From Methanothrix sp. (lineage in GTDB: Archaea > Halobacteriota > Methanosarcinia > Methanotrichales > Methanotrichaceae), in contig JBAXWY010000025.1 of assembly GCA_037128175.1 (NCBI GenBank), positions 1 through 36,940 of the forward strand: a stretch of 36,940 bases of DNA, in the 5' to 3' direction. The notes below the pieces were generated by a model that was not told the DNA's origin, did not search any database, and worked only from the letters and a program-made list of their open reading frames with translations. The number at the start of each line of letters is the position of its first letter. Positions within the stretch are counted from its first letter, which is position 1. This document shows, one piece after another, positions 18,607 to 27,694 of the stretch. The translations under genes were made by a program, and so were the position numbers.

Positions 18607-19814
18607 ATCTCCAGAGTTGTATCTCTCCAGCCGTTGATCTTGAGAAAGGGCGCGGCTCTCTTGATCCGGATGCCCATGGCCGCCAGCTCTGCTTTAGCAA
18701 CAATTGGCTGCCTTTTACGGAAGGCCACTATCTTTTGTGCGCTCCTGGGGCCGATGCCCGGCACCCTCAGCAGTTCTTGGAATGCGGCCGTATTTGGGTC
18801 CAGGGGTTTGTCCATAAACTCCCTGGCGATGGCCATCTTGGGATCGGCGTTGTTGAGAAATCCATTCTCATTAAAGGCATGATGGATCTCCCTGGGCTGG
18901 AAGTGATACACACGAAAGAGCCAGTCCATCTGGTAGAGGCGGTGCTCTCGCCAGAGCGGCTGGGCCTTTTTGTTCTCAAATGGTGTGCCCCGCTGAGGGG
19001 AAAAAGCACTGTAGTAGGCCCTCTTCACTCCAATCTCTTTGTACTCATAAAGAACTCTTTTGAAGATCTCCTCATCGCTTTCCCCGGTGGCACCTACCAC
19101 TAGCTGCGTAGTCTGGCCGGCAGGCAGAAAGGTCTTGGAGTTCTTGGCGCTATCGGATAGCATATCGCGGATGTATCGTTGCCTTTGCAGGATATCGTTC
19201 TCGTAGCTCTTGGTGGCACATATCTCACTCATATGCGAGGCGGATGCCGCCTCCAAATTTATGCTGACCCGATCCGCCAGCTCGATGGCTTCCTGGATGT
19301 GCGAGCGCGCACAGCCGGGCAGGACCTTGAGATGAATGTATCCGGAAAAAGCATGCTTTTGGCGCAAGAGCCTTGCAGTCTCTACCATTCTTTCCGTGAT
19401 GTGATCCTCATCCCGGCCTGCGCCGGAGCTGAGAAAGAGCCCTTCAATATAATTCGACCGGTAAAGGGAAAGGGTGATCCTGGCCAGCTCTTCCGGGGTA
19501 TAGGAGAAGGCTTTGGATTTATTGCTGCAGTTCGCGGCATTGGTGCAGTAACTGCACTGATGGGTGCAGTGGTTGGTGTAAAGGGTCTTGAAGAGGCTGA
19601 CGCATCTGCCGTCCTTAGTGAAGGCGTGGCAAATTCCGGGCAGGGGCGTTTCCCTTGGCGAGAAGGTAGACGCGCAGACGTCATGGCGCGTGCCCTCTCC
19701 CAGGGTGCGAAGCTTCTTTGCGTCCACGTCCGCCACGGCTGGGTTTTGGGCCGGGCCCATTGAGTCGAATCTGCACTCCTCAGCCAGGTGGGCGATCTTC
19801 TCCAGGGTGACCAT
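18594..19814 (-). CDS. Putative DNA modification/repair radical SAM protein with helix-hairpin-helix (TIGR03916-like)
   Basis: GICHAFTKDGRCVSLFK, CTHQCSYC, GLFLSS, REHRLYQMDWL, LLRVPGIG. Confidence 0.93.
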   Translation of the reverse strand: MVTLEKIAHLAEECRFDSMGPAQNPAVADVDAKKLRTLGEGTRHDVCASTFSPRETPLPGICHAFTKDGRCVSLFKTLYTNHCTHQCSYCTNAANCSNKSKAFSYTPEELARITLSLYRSNYIEGLFLSSGAGRDEDHITERMVETARLLRQKHAFSGYIHLKVLPGCARSHIQEAIELADRVSINLEAASASHMSEICATKSYENDILQRQRYIRDMLSDSAKNSKTFLPAGQTTQLVVGATGESDEEIFKRVLYEYKEIGVKRAYYSAFSPQRGTPFENKKAQPLWREHRLYQMDWLFRVYHFQPREIHHAFNENGFLNNADPKMAIAREFMDKPLDPNTAAFQELLRVPGIGPRSAQKIVAFRKRQPIVAKAELAAMGIRIKRAAPFLKINGWRDTTLEMWQA

Positions 19815-19936
19815 TAGGGTTATAACGTACAATCGGATTTATAACCGATATGCATGCGGAGCGAAAGTAATCTTTTCGAAATCCTTTTCATGTATCAAAC
19901 GGATTTTATGCGACCGCTCTGGCGGAGGAGACTGAA

Positions 19937-20431
19937 ATGCCCGAAGATGTATTCAAGATGCCGCGCATGGGAAAGGCGGAGTACGACCGGTTGGTGGAGG
20001 AGCAATATGTCTGCCGTATTGCTTTCAAAGGCGAGACGCATCCTTACATTGCCCCATTTATTTATGTGTTTGATGGCCGGTTCATGTACTTCCTTTCCAC
20101 TAACTACGGCAAAAAGGTGCAGTACTTCCGGGACAATCCCTTCGTGACTGTGGAGATCGAGCACTATTCTCCTGATCTTTCCGCCTTCAGCTTCGTGGCC
20201 CTGCCCGGGCAGCTGGTGCAGGTGGAGGACGCCGGGCAAAAGAGAGCGGTGCGAGAGATGTTTGTGCACCTGATCAAGATAAAAGCTCTCTCCTCCAATG
20301 TTCTCTCTGCTCTCGGTCATTCGCCGCAGGAATCGGTGGAGGTCTTGCTGGATGGAGAGAAGAGCTCCGTCTGGAAGCTGGTGGGCGTCAAGGTCGATGA
20401 GATCCTGGGGCTGAAGAGCCATAGCCTTTAG
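19937..20431 (+). CDS. Pyridoxamine 5'-phosphate oxidase-like flavin-binding protein
   Basis: CRIAF...PYIAP, GKKVQYFRDNPFV; GGAGG RBS. Confidence 0.88.
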   Translation: MPEDVFKMPRMGKAEYDRLVEEQYVCRIAFKGETHPYIAPFIYVFDGRFMYFLSTNYGKKVQYFRDNPFVTVEIEHYSPDLSAFSFVALPGQLVQVEDAGQKRAVREMFVHLIKIKALSSNVLSALGHSPQESVEVLLDGEKSSVWKLVGVKVDEILGLKSHSL

Positions 20432-20506
20432 CTTTTTGGATATGCCAAAATATTTTATACCAAGAAGCCCTAATTAGTATAAAGAATATACGTGCGAGGT
20501 TAGAAT

Positions 20507-21025
20507 ATGAAAATATTCCTGTCTTTGGCAACAGCATGTCTGTTGTTGTTTTCACTGTCCACCTGCAACGCCAGCTTGGCCCAGTTTGCTGGCGACTGGA
20601 CAAACGTTGACACGAATACTGGGGGAATAACAACTCTAAGTATCGGCCTCTCCGGCGATTCCGCCAATGTGCATGCCTGGGGCAAGTGTCATCCCACAGA
20701 TTGCGACTGGGGAACTGTTCCCGCTGTTGCCTTCGCTCCTGATGTCTCCTCCGATTTGGCTGGCCAGGCGCAAGCGTTGATGGCAATATTCGATGCCGGA
20801 TTTTCAGAGACTACTCTCTTCATCACTCCCCAGGGCAACAGGCTGTCTCTGCAATCTTACACTCGATTCAAGGACAACAGCGGCAGAGGCAACTATGCAT
20901 CAAACGATGTATTCCAGAAGAGTTCTTCCTTAAGTGTAGTCGGCACGATTGCCGAGATTCAACCGCTGCAAAAATTCAATAAAATGGAAATTCTTCCCAT
21001 TATGGGAAAGATCGGAGACAACTGA
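20507..21025 (+). CDS. Secreted hypothetical protein (CxPTDCDWG domain)
   Basis: Signal peptide; clear paralog of the N-terminal domain of the next gene. Confidence 0.85.
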   Translation: MKIFLSLATACLLLFSLSTCNASLAQFAGDWTNVDTNTGGITTLSIGLSGDSANVHAWGKCHPTDCDWGTVPAVAFAPDVSSDLAGQAQALMAIFDAGFSETTLFITPQGNRLSLQSYTRFKDNSGRGNYASNDVFQKSSSLSVVGTIAEIQPLQKFNKMEILPIMGKIGDN

Positions 21026-21049
21026 TTAAAACATCTTCGAGGTTAAAAT

Positions 21050-21856
21050 ATGAGATTACTTTATCCTTGCCTGGCAGCAGTTCTGCTGCTATTATTGACT
21101 GCTACCGGCGGTCTTGCCAGCATGGCCCAATTTGAGGGTTCCTGGACAAATGTGGATGCCAATACCAGAGGCATCACTAAATTGGATATCGCTGTCATGG
21201 GCACCAACGCCAAGGTGCAGGGCTGGGGTAGCTGTCTACCCACGGATTGTGATTGGGGGACGGTGCAGGCTCAGGCTTTTGCTCCCGGCATCTCCTCGGA
21301 CCTGCTCAGTGGGGCAGATACCCTGATAGCTGTCTTTGATGCCGGATTTTCGGAGACTACTCTGGTCATAAAACCTGCTGGAAACCGACTTAAGGTGGAC
21401 TCCTATGATCGCTTCAAGGACAATAGCGGCAGAAGCAATTATCTGGCAACTTACACCTTCCAAAAGGCCTCTGCGTCAGTAACACCAACACCAGGTGGCT
21501 CGACTCCCGGTGACATGGGTCCCGGTGATATAGGTCCCGGTGGAACGATTCCAGGTAGCGTGCCGGCTCTTATAGATCTGACCGGCGTCTGGAACTGCGA
21601 TGACGGCGGCATATACTATGTTCGCCAGCTGGGAACAACCGTCTGGTGGTATGGCGAGCTGGATCCCAATGCGCCGAACTGGTCTAATGTCATGCGTGGC
21701 GCCATCAGCGGCAATATGATAAACGCAGACTGGTCAGACGTGCCCAAAGGAAGCGTAATGCAGAACGGCAATCTGGTCCTCCAGATCGCGTCCAATAATC
21801 AACTGGTGGCCATTTCTAAGACAGGAGGCTTTGCCGGATCGGTCTGGACGAGATAG
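21050..21856 (+). CDS. Secreted two-domain hypothetical protein (CxPTDCDWG domain, Pro/Gly linker, beta-rich domain)
   Basis: Signal peptide; PGDMGPGDIGPGG linker encoded by a 15-bp tandem repeat (about 21506-21543); DLTGVW...WTR domain. Confidence 0.85.
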   Translation: MRLLYPCLAAVLLLLLTATGGLASMAQFEGSWTNVDANTRGITKLDIAVMGTNAKVQGWGSCLPTDCDWGTVQAQAFAPGISSDLLSGADTLIAVFDAGFSETTLVIKPAGNRLKVDSYDRFKDNSGRSNYLATYTFQKASASVTPTPGGSTPGDMGPGDIGPGGTIPGSVPALIDLTGVWNCDDGGIYYVRQLGTTVWWYGELDPNAPNWSNVMRGAISGNMINADWSDVPKGSVMQNGNLVLQIASNNQLVAISKTGGFAGSVWTR

Positions 21857-21860
21857 GGGC

Positions 21861-21912
21861 TAAAAAAGGAAGTATTTACTCTTTTCCTTTTTGCCCAATC
21901 TTCTTTTTTTTT
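21861..21912. terminator. Probable archaeal oligo-T terminator region between convergent genes
   Basis: T-tracts on + after 21856; A6 run (T-tract on -) downstream of the 21948 stop. Confidence 0.45.
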
Positions 21913-21947
21913 ATGTTCATATGAATATTATATTTAATCCTTATCCG

Positions 21948-23111
21948 CTAGCCGCATCTTCCCGGTCCGGCAGAATAGGGCCGGTTCTCCTTCAGGCACC
22001 ACTGCATCTGCTCCAGTATCGGTTCGATCCTGCCGTCTGTTTCTTCCTTGAGCTTTTGCACCATATTCTCCGCCAGGCTGCCCTGCTCGATGCGCTTTGC
22101 CACCAGGGGCAGATACCCTCTCTCCTCAATGGTTGCGCTCTTTTCCGCTGCAGCGAGCAGCCTCTCCAGCTCCGGGCGCATCCCGGCCACGCCGTCGCGC
22201 ATGGCATCCTCCAGCATGGCCAGAAGACTGCTCTCATCCTCCTCCAGCGCGAGGTCGGATCGGAGCAGCGCCAGCAAAAAAGCCGAGAACGCCATGTCCG
22301 AATGCAGGCATTCCTGCTCATCGATGGCTTTGACCTCCAGGCACTTTCTCGTAAAGCGCACAATCACGCCTCTGGAATTGACCCACTCTTTGCAAAGAAT
22401 CTCTGCTTTGCATTTTTTCAGCTCAGAGTAGATCTGCCTGTTGATTTGCACATAATCGTGCACGTTTTCCAGCTTTTCCGGCAAAATGTTATGGCAGATC
22501 AGAGGTATGGCCGCCTGGTTTTGCCGGTAATAAACCAGCCGGTTGTCCATGTAAGGGGTGAGCTTTCCCTCCACCATGGGCGAGGAGGCTGATACGGCGA
22601 CGAGATAAGGCATGAGCGAGCGAATCTTGTTGAACATAGCTACCAGCTCTTCCTTGTCAGCGTAAGGAATGTTGATCTGCAAAGCCTGAATATTCAGCCA
22701 GCCATGCTGCTTGATATTGAAAAGCCGGTCGTATGCCTGATAATACTCCTGTTCATCATGATCCCAGTAGGTCGTTTCATCCAATTTCAGCAGCGGATGC
22801 ATTCCCAGACCCATAAAGCCGTACTCATGATTGGTGGCCCGGTACAGCTCAGAGAGGCCCTTGTAAAGATTGCTTTCCAAAAAGCAAAGGCTCCCCGGCC
22901 TGGCTGGGATCAACTCGATGGCATGTTTTTGCAGCTCCTTGGAGACCAGTATCCCCCCAAAAGCCACCTCGTGCTGCACCTGTCCGGCGATCCTCTCGAT
23001 TATCCGGTCGGAGATGGCCAGAGGCCTGCATTTTTTGTCATTTATGGAGTACTCGTGCTCCGTTCCGATGGGCGAAACAGCTCTAAGCGCCTTATGCATT
23101 GCTTTTGTCAT
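21948..23111 (-). CDS. Glutamate--cysteine ligase family 2 (GCS2) carboxylate-amine ligase
   Basis: IGTEHEYSI, ELQKHAIEL, GMHP, QALQINI, SASSP, NSRG..VRF, LEVKAIDEQE. Confidence 0.88.
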   Translation of the reverse strand: MTKAMHKALRAVSPIGTEHEYSINDKKCRPLAISDRIIERIAGQVQHEVAFGGILVSKELQKHAIELIPARPGSLCFLESNLYKGLSELYRATNHEYGFMGLGMHPLLKLDETTYWDHDEQEYYQAYDRLFNIKQHGWLNIQALQINIPYADKEELVAMFNKIRSLMPYLVAVSASSPMVEGKLTPYMDNRLVYYRQNQAAIPLICHNILPEKLENVHDYVQINRQIYSELKKCKAEILCKEWVNSRGVIVRFTRKCLEVKAIDEQECLHSDMAFSAFLLALLRSDLALEEDESSLLAMLEDAMRDGVAGMRPELERLLAAAEKSATIEERGYLPLVAKRIEQGSLAENMVQKLKEETDGRIEPILEQMQWCLKENRPYSAGPGRCG

Positions 23112-23114
23112 AAC

Positions 23115-23606
23115 TTAGTCGGAAAGCTGGATCTCCGCCACAAGATCCGTCTCCGGCTCCTCAATCTTCAAGATCTCCGCCATCTCTGAAGCGGGAATGC
23201 TGTTTACCAGATGCATGATATTCTCCACAGAGGTCTCGAATAGCCCGTCGTAGGCTTTTCGATTGGCCTTGAGAAATCGTACCATGGGGCAGATGCTCTC
23301 TCTCTTAAGGAAGATCTGCAGGACGTTGTCCTTGATATCAAAGGTAAAGGGTCCGGCTATGCAGGTCTCAGGCTTGATGGAGTGAATGCTGCATTTTCCA
23401 TTCTGAAAGAGCACGCAAAACCCATCCTGCTTCAGGCGTAGCCTCATGTATCCGGCAAACTCTACAGCGTCCTCTGCCACGCCGTTTTTCTGCAGTATGT
23501 CTATTCTCTCCCGGCTTAAGGGGGGTCTCGCCTCAAAGCAGCAGCCTCCATCCAGATGGCATTCGCTGCAGGCCTGGCTTATGGCTTCACACAGGTTATC
23601 TTCCAT
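23115..23606 (-). CDS. YkgJ-family cysteine-cluster (Zn/Fe-chelating) protein
   Basis: CSEC....GCC, CVLF...KCSIHSIKPETCIAGPF. Confidence 0.9.
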   Translation of the reverse strand: MEDNLCEAISQACSECHLDGGCCFEARPPLSRERIDILQKNGVAEDAVEFAGYMRLRLKQDGFCVLFQNGKCSIHSIKPETCIAGPFTFDIKDNVLQIFLKRESICPMVRFLKANRKAYDGLFETSVENIMHLVNSIPASEMAEILKIEEPETDLVAEIQLSD

Positions 23607-23621
23607 CAGATTCTCATCTCT

Positions 23622-24641
23622 TTAGAAATCAATCTTGTAGGAGCAGACCTCGTTTTCTGCCAGGGCAGATGGATTGGACATGCCGGCGGCAGCTCCCAGA
23701 CCGTACTCACCTTCAAAGTCGCGCGGATGGGAGATCTTATTGGAAAGCTCATCGGCATAGCTGCATGCGTCTCCTGTCATCAGATAGGAGATGATCTTTT
23801 GGAACATGTCCGGATAATGGGCATCCTCACCTCCATCCAGGGAAGGATTGTCATTGACCTCAATGACGTAGAGCTTTCCGTTGCTCTCTTTTATGTCCAC
23901 ACCATACATTCCTTTGCCAATGGCATTGCCTGCCTCACGTCCCAGCTCAATAACCTCAGGCGGAACCTGATCAGCCGGCACGCTCTCCACATCGCAGTAG
24001 ACGATGTGGCCGTTCACGGAGGCCTGGATCTTGAAGGTCTCCGAGGGGATGATGTAGCGACAGGCATAAAGTAGCTGCCCGTTGATGACACCCACTCTCC
24101 AGTCAAACCTGCTCTCGATGTACTCCTGCACCACAATCCAGTCGGAGAGCTTGAAGAACCTCCTGGCGATTTTCAATAGCTCGTCTACGGATGAGACCTT
24201 CTCTACCCGGACCGAGAAGGACGTGGATGGCTCTTTTAGCACCAGGGGCATGCCCAACTCCTCGAAGAGCTGTGCGGCTAAAACCTCATCCAGCTCCTTC
24301 TTCTTTAGAAACTTTGTCCTGGGCATGGAGACATTTTTCTTCATGAGGTGCATGTACATGTTGATTTTGTCGGCACAGATTTGGATAGAGCTGGGATCGT
24401 CTATCACCGGTACGCCGTACATTTGCGCCATCCTGGCCGCCACATAGGTGATGTTCATGGGATCGGTGTTGGCGCGAATGAAGAGCGCATCCAGCCTGGG
24501 TATTTTTTTGATGTCCACGGGAAATATGAACTCGGCAGTGTGGCCCATGCTCTCAGCCACGTCCCGGCATTTTACTACGGCCGTGAGCTGTTCAGAGCTG
24601 CTTAACGTCTGCCGATTGACGAAGATGCCTAGTTTACTCAA
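23622..24641 (-). CDS. RimK-type ATP-grasp ligase with C-terminal extension
   Basis: CADKI, PLVLK, VQEYI...FDWRVGV, YGVDIK, IEVNDNPS; TTG start overlapping the upstream gene. Confidence 0.92.
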   Translation of the reverse strand: MSKLGIFVNRQTLSSSEQLTAVVKCRDVAESMGHTAEFIFPVDIKKIPRLDALFIRANTDPMNITYVAARMAQMYGVPVIDDPSSIQICADKINMYMHLMKKNVSMPRTKFLKKKELDEVLAAQLFEELGMPLVLKEPSTSFSVRVEKVSSVDELLKIARRFFKLSDWIVVQEYIESRFDWRVGVINGQLLYACRYIIPSETFKIQASVNGHIVYCDVESVPADQVPPEVIELGREAGNAIGKGMYGVDIKESNGKLYVIEVNDNPSLDGGEDAHYPDMFQKIISYLMTGDACSYADELSNKISHPRDFEGEYGLGAAAGMSNPSALAENEVCSYKIDF

Positions 24642-25287
24642 AGCGCCTCACCCTCTTGTCCAGAAGGTCCTGTAACATTTCCGTTTCATCCTTCGATAAT
24701 TGCGAATATTTCACGGGTGCCAGGGAAGATAATCGGCAACCCGACTCATCCTTGACCAGTACTACCTCCACTAACGGCAGCCGAAAGACCTCATAGATCT
24801 TCTCAGCCAGCGATTTCGCAGGTTCGCAGCAGTTTATGGTCTTGCCGAAGATGGATACGCATTTCGCCACGGATGAGGTGTCGCTTATCTTCTGATAGCA
24901 GAAGGGATACCTCCCATGATTGGTGACATGCTTGATGACCTTCTTCGCTGCTTCCAGGTCGCTGATGAGAAAGTGGTCGGAGGGCGTGGAGAAGTAGTTC
25001 AAGCCGTAGACTATAGCCGGGAGCGAGACGTACTGGTTGGATATTACCCAGTCGCAGACCGGTATACCTGCCAGCTTCGCCTTCTCCAGACAGATGGGAA
25101 CGATATAGGCATCCAGTACATCGCTGCTACTGGGCGTGGTTTTGATGCCTTCATTCTCGTTCGTGACGATGGTATAGTACGGCTCGGTCTTGTAGAAGTA
25201 ACTCTCATTTACAATATATTGGGAGTTATCTTCTTTCAACGTGTACATGATATCCTTCTTAGGAATGTGCTCTCTTCGTTTGTTCAT
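24634..25287 (-). CDS. RimK-like ATP-grasp N-terminal (RLAN) domain protein, stand-alone
   Basis: VNESYFYKTEPYY...TTPSS pattern, FRLPLVEV; directly upstream of the RimK-type ligase. Confidence 0.7.
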   Translation of the reverse strand: MNKRREHIPKKDIMYTLKEDNSQYIVNESYFYKTEPYYTIVTNENEGIKTTPSSSDVLDAYIVPICLEKAKLAGIPVCDWVISNQYVSLPAIVYGLNYFSTPSDHFLISDLEAAKKVIKHVTNHGRYPFCYQKISDTSSVAKCVSIFGKTINCCEPAKSLAEKIYEVFRLPLVEVVLVKDESGCRLSSLAPVKYSQLSKDETEMLQDLLDKRVRRFE

Positions 25288-25344
25288 TAAAGAATCACCG
25301 CATGACCTGCGTGTGAGAAAATAGACATGCTTGTTGTTTTTTCT

Positions 25345-25455
25345 GCGTAGGATACCCTACGGTATTTATTTAGACTACGGTGCCTGTCCAGATCGGATGC
25401 CATTTCATTCTCAGAAATTTGGATCTCCTCAGGGCCTACTACCTGGCTGGTAGTA
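25345..25455 (-). promoter_or_regulatory. Putative promoter/operator region of the ATP-grasp operon
   Basis: Inverted repeats CGTAGG-N4-CCTACG (about 25346-25361) and TACTACC-N5-GGTAGTA (about 25437-25455), each directly downstream of a TAAATA box on the - strand. Confidence 0.45.
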
Positions 25456-25471
25456 TTTATCATTGTCGGAT

Positions 25472-27565
25472 CTATGCGATTAGCTTCATCATCTCTTTCG
25501 GGCTTGTTACGGGAAGACTACAGACATGATCAGTGCAGACGTAGGCGGCTATCTTTCTCTCCATTTGGGCCAAATTTTTTGTGAATGGCGCAATCTCTCC
25601 AATCTCTTTTCCACATACCAGGACAACGGATTTGTTCGGAAGATATCGAGATCGTAAGGCTTGCAGCATCTCGATTATGCCGACATCCTGCATACTTCCC
25701 ACCAGAGCGATCTCGGATGCCGGCCCTAGCAAATAGTCCAGGGAGCAAAGCAGCATGGAATGGCCCAGGGGCTGGCCATCTGTTGCGGCGAAGCTACGCG
25801 CCAGATCCCAGGCTCTCTCTTCCAGCTCCGTTCCTCCGCAAAGGTGCATGAGCCGGAGAAGGCAAAGCAATGCGATGGAATTTCCTGAGGGAATCGCACC
25901 GTCATAAAACTCCTTTTTGCGAAGCAATAGGGCCTCGGCATCATCTGCAGAAAAGAAAAAGCCGCCCTGATCCCTGTCCCAGAAATGCCGCATCATGGTC
26001 TGGTTCAATTGCAACGCTGCCTTCAGGTACTTGACATCAAAGACCGTCTCATAAAGATCGAGGAGCCCCCAGATCAGGAAGGCATAATCATCGAGATTGG
26101 CAAAAATGGCTGCCTCGCCCCGGTAGCGATGCAGCAATCGACCTTTCGTCGTCTGCATCTCTTTCAGGATAAAATCGGCCGCCTTTATTGCCGCTCTTGC
26201 ATACTTTGCGCCATTTGCCTCAGGAAGGGCCTGCGCGGCTTTGGCCAGGGCCGAGATCATCAATCCATTCCAGTCAGTGAGGATCTTGTCGTCCTTTAAG
26301 GGATGAACTCTCTTCTCCCGGGAAAGAAAGAGCTTTGCTCTTATCAATTCTTGTCGCTCATAGAGATCCGGCTCGCTCATCTTCAGGACGGACGCGGCGT
26401 CGACAAGCGAAGACCTCAGGCAGAGGATGTTCTCTCCTTTCTCGAAGTTTCCGCTCTCATGCACATCGAAGAGCCGGATGAAGAGCTTGAACTCCTCTTT
26501 ATCGAGAGTCTCTTTCAGTTCCTCTGCCGTCCAGACATAGAACTTGCCCTCCTCTCCCTCGCTGTCTGCGTCTTCCGCGGAGAAAAAGCCTCCTTGAGGT
26601 GCGCTCATGTCCCGCAGCACATACTCCAGGATTTCGCGTGCAGTTCTGGCGTACTCCTCTTTTCTGGTGGCCTGATAAGCCTCGATGTAGGCTATGGCCA
26701 TTAGCGCCTGGTCATAGAGCATCTTCTCGAAATGGGGAACAAGCCACTGCCCATCCGTCGAGTATCTATGAAATCCGTTTCCCACGTGATCGTAGATCCC
26801 GCCCATCCGCATGGCCTGCAGTGTGGCCTCGACCATTCGCAGAGCATGTTTGTCCCCGGTCCTATGCCAATGGCGTAGCAGGAAGAAGAGGTTATGTGGC
26901 GATGGAAACTTGGGGGCCGTTCCGAACCCCCCGTTTTGGGGATCGTAAATGGAGGCCAGGGCCGCGTACCCACGGGCAAGAAATGCAGTATCTAAATTCG
27001 CGGCCAAGGACCGCGGCTGGCTTTGTGTCTGCTTGATATAATCCAAAATCTTGTCGGCGGAGTCCAAAAGCTCATCTCTATTTTTCACCCAGAGCTCTTT
27101 GATCCGGGGGATGATCTCCATCATTCCTGCCTGGCCAGCGCGCCCGGTCTTGGGGATGTAGGTGGCGGCGAAGAAGGGCTTTTTCTCCGGGGTCATGATA
27201 ATAGTAAGAGGCCAGCCGCCTCGGCCTGTCATGGACTGCGCGAAAGTCATGTACATCTGGTCTATGTCCGGCCTCTCTTCTCGGTCCACCTTTATGCAGA
27301 TGAAGGCCTGATTCATGAGGGCGGCGACAGCCTCGTCCTCAAATGACTCTTGAGCCATGACATGGCACCAGTGGCAGGTGGAGTAGCCCACGGAGAGGAA
27401 GATGGGCTTATCCTCCTTTTGGGCTTTGGCAAAGGCTCCTTCGCTCCAGGGGTACCATTGGACGGGGTGAAAGGCGTGCTGGAGGAGGTAGGGGCTTTTC
27501 TCGGAGAGGAGGCGGTTGGGTTGGGGGAAGGATGCCTCTTTTCCGGTTGAAGGGTTATTTTTCAT
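25472..27565 (-). CDS. YyaL/SSP411-like thioredoxin-domain plus six-hairpin glycosidase-like protein
   Basis: [50 protein letters not shown]. Confidence 0.93.
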   Translation of the reverse strand: MKNNPSTGKEASFPQPNRLLSEKSPYLLQHAFHPVQWYPWSEGAFAKAQKEDKPIFLSVGYSTCHWCHVMAQESFEDEAVAALMNQAFICIKVDREERPDIDQMYMTFAQSMTGRGGWPLTIIMTPEKKPFFAATYIPKTGRAGQAGMMEIIPRIKELWVKNRDELLDSADKILDYIKQTQSQPRSLAANLDTAFLARGYAALASIYDPQNGGFGTAPKFPSPHNLFFLLRHWHRTGDKHALRMVEATLQAMRMGGIYDHVGNGFHRYSTDGQWLVPHFEKMLYDQALMAIAYIEAYQATRKEEYARTAREILEYVLRDMSAPQGGFFSAEDADSEGEEGKFYVWTAEELKETLDKEEFKLFIRLFDVHESGNFEKGENILCLRSSLVDAASVLKMSEPDLYERQELIRAKLFLSREKRVHPLKDDKILTDWNGLMISALAKAAQALPEANGAKYARAAIKAADFILKEMQTTKGRLLHRYRGEAAIFANLDDYAFLIWGLLDLYETVFDVKYLKAALQLNQTMMRHFWDRDQGGFFFSADDAEALLLRKKEFYDGAIPSGNSIALLCLLRLMHLCGGTELEERAWDLARSFAATDGQPLGHSMLLCSLDYLLGPASEIALVGSMQDVGIIEMLQALRSRYLPNKSVVLVCGKEIGEIAPFTKNLAQMERKIAAYVCTDHVCSLPVTSPKEMMKLIA

Positions 27566-27694
27566 GGGAAACCTCACTTAAGCATCAAGATTGCTGGTTA
27601 GATAAATTCAAGGATGCTCTAACCTGAATGAGTTCATCAGGGTATTTAGGCATATTTTTTTTTTTCAAAAATAAAAAAAGTGGTATCTGCGACT

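Noticed and set aside
17983-19814. Radical SAM plus DUF4130 pair as a novel system
   Set aside because: It is an already recognised, widespread gene pair
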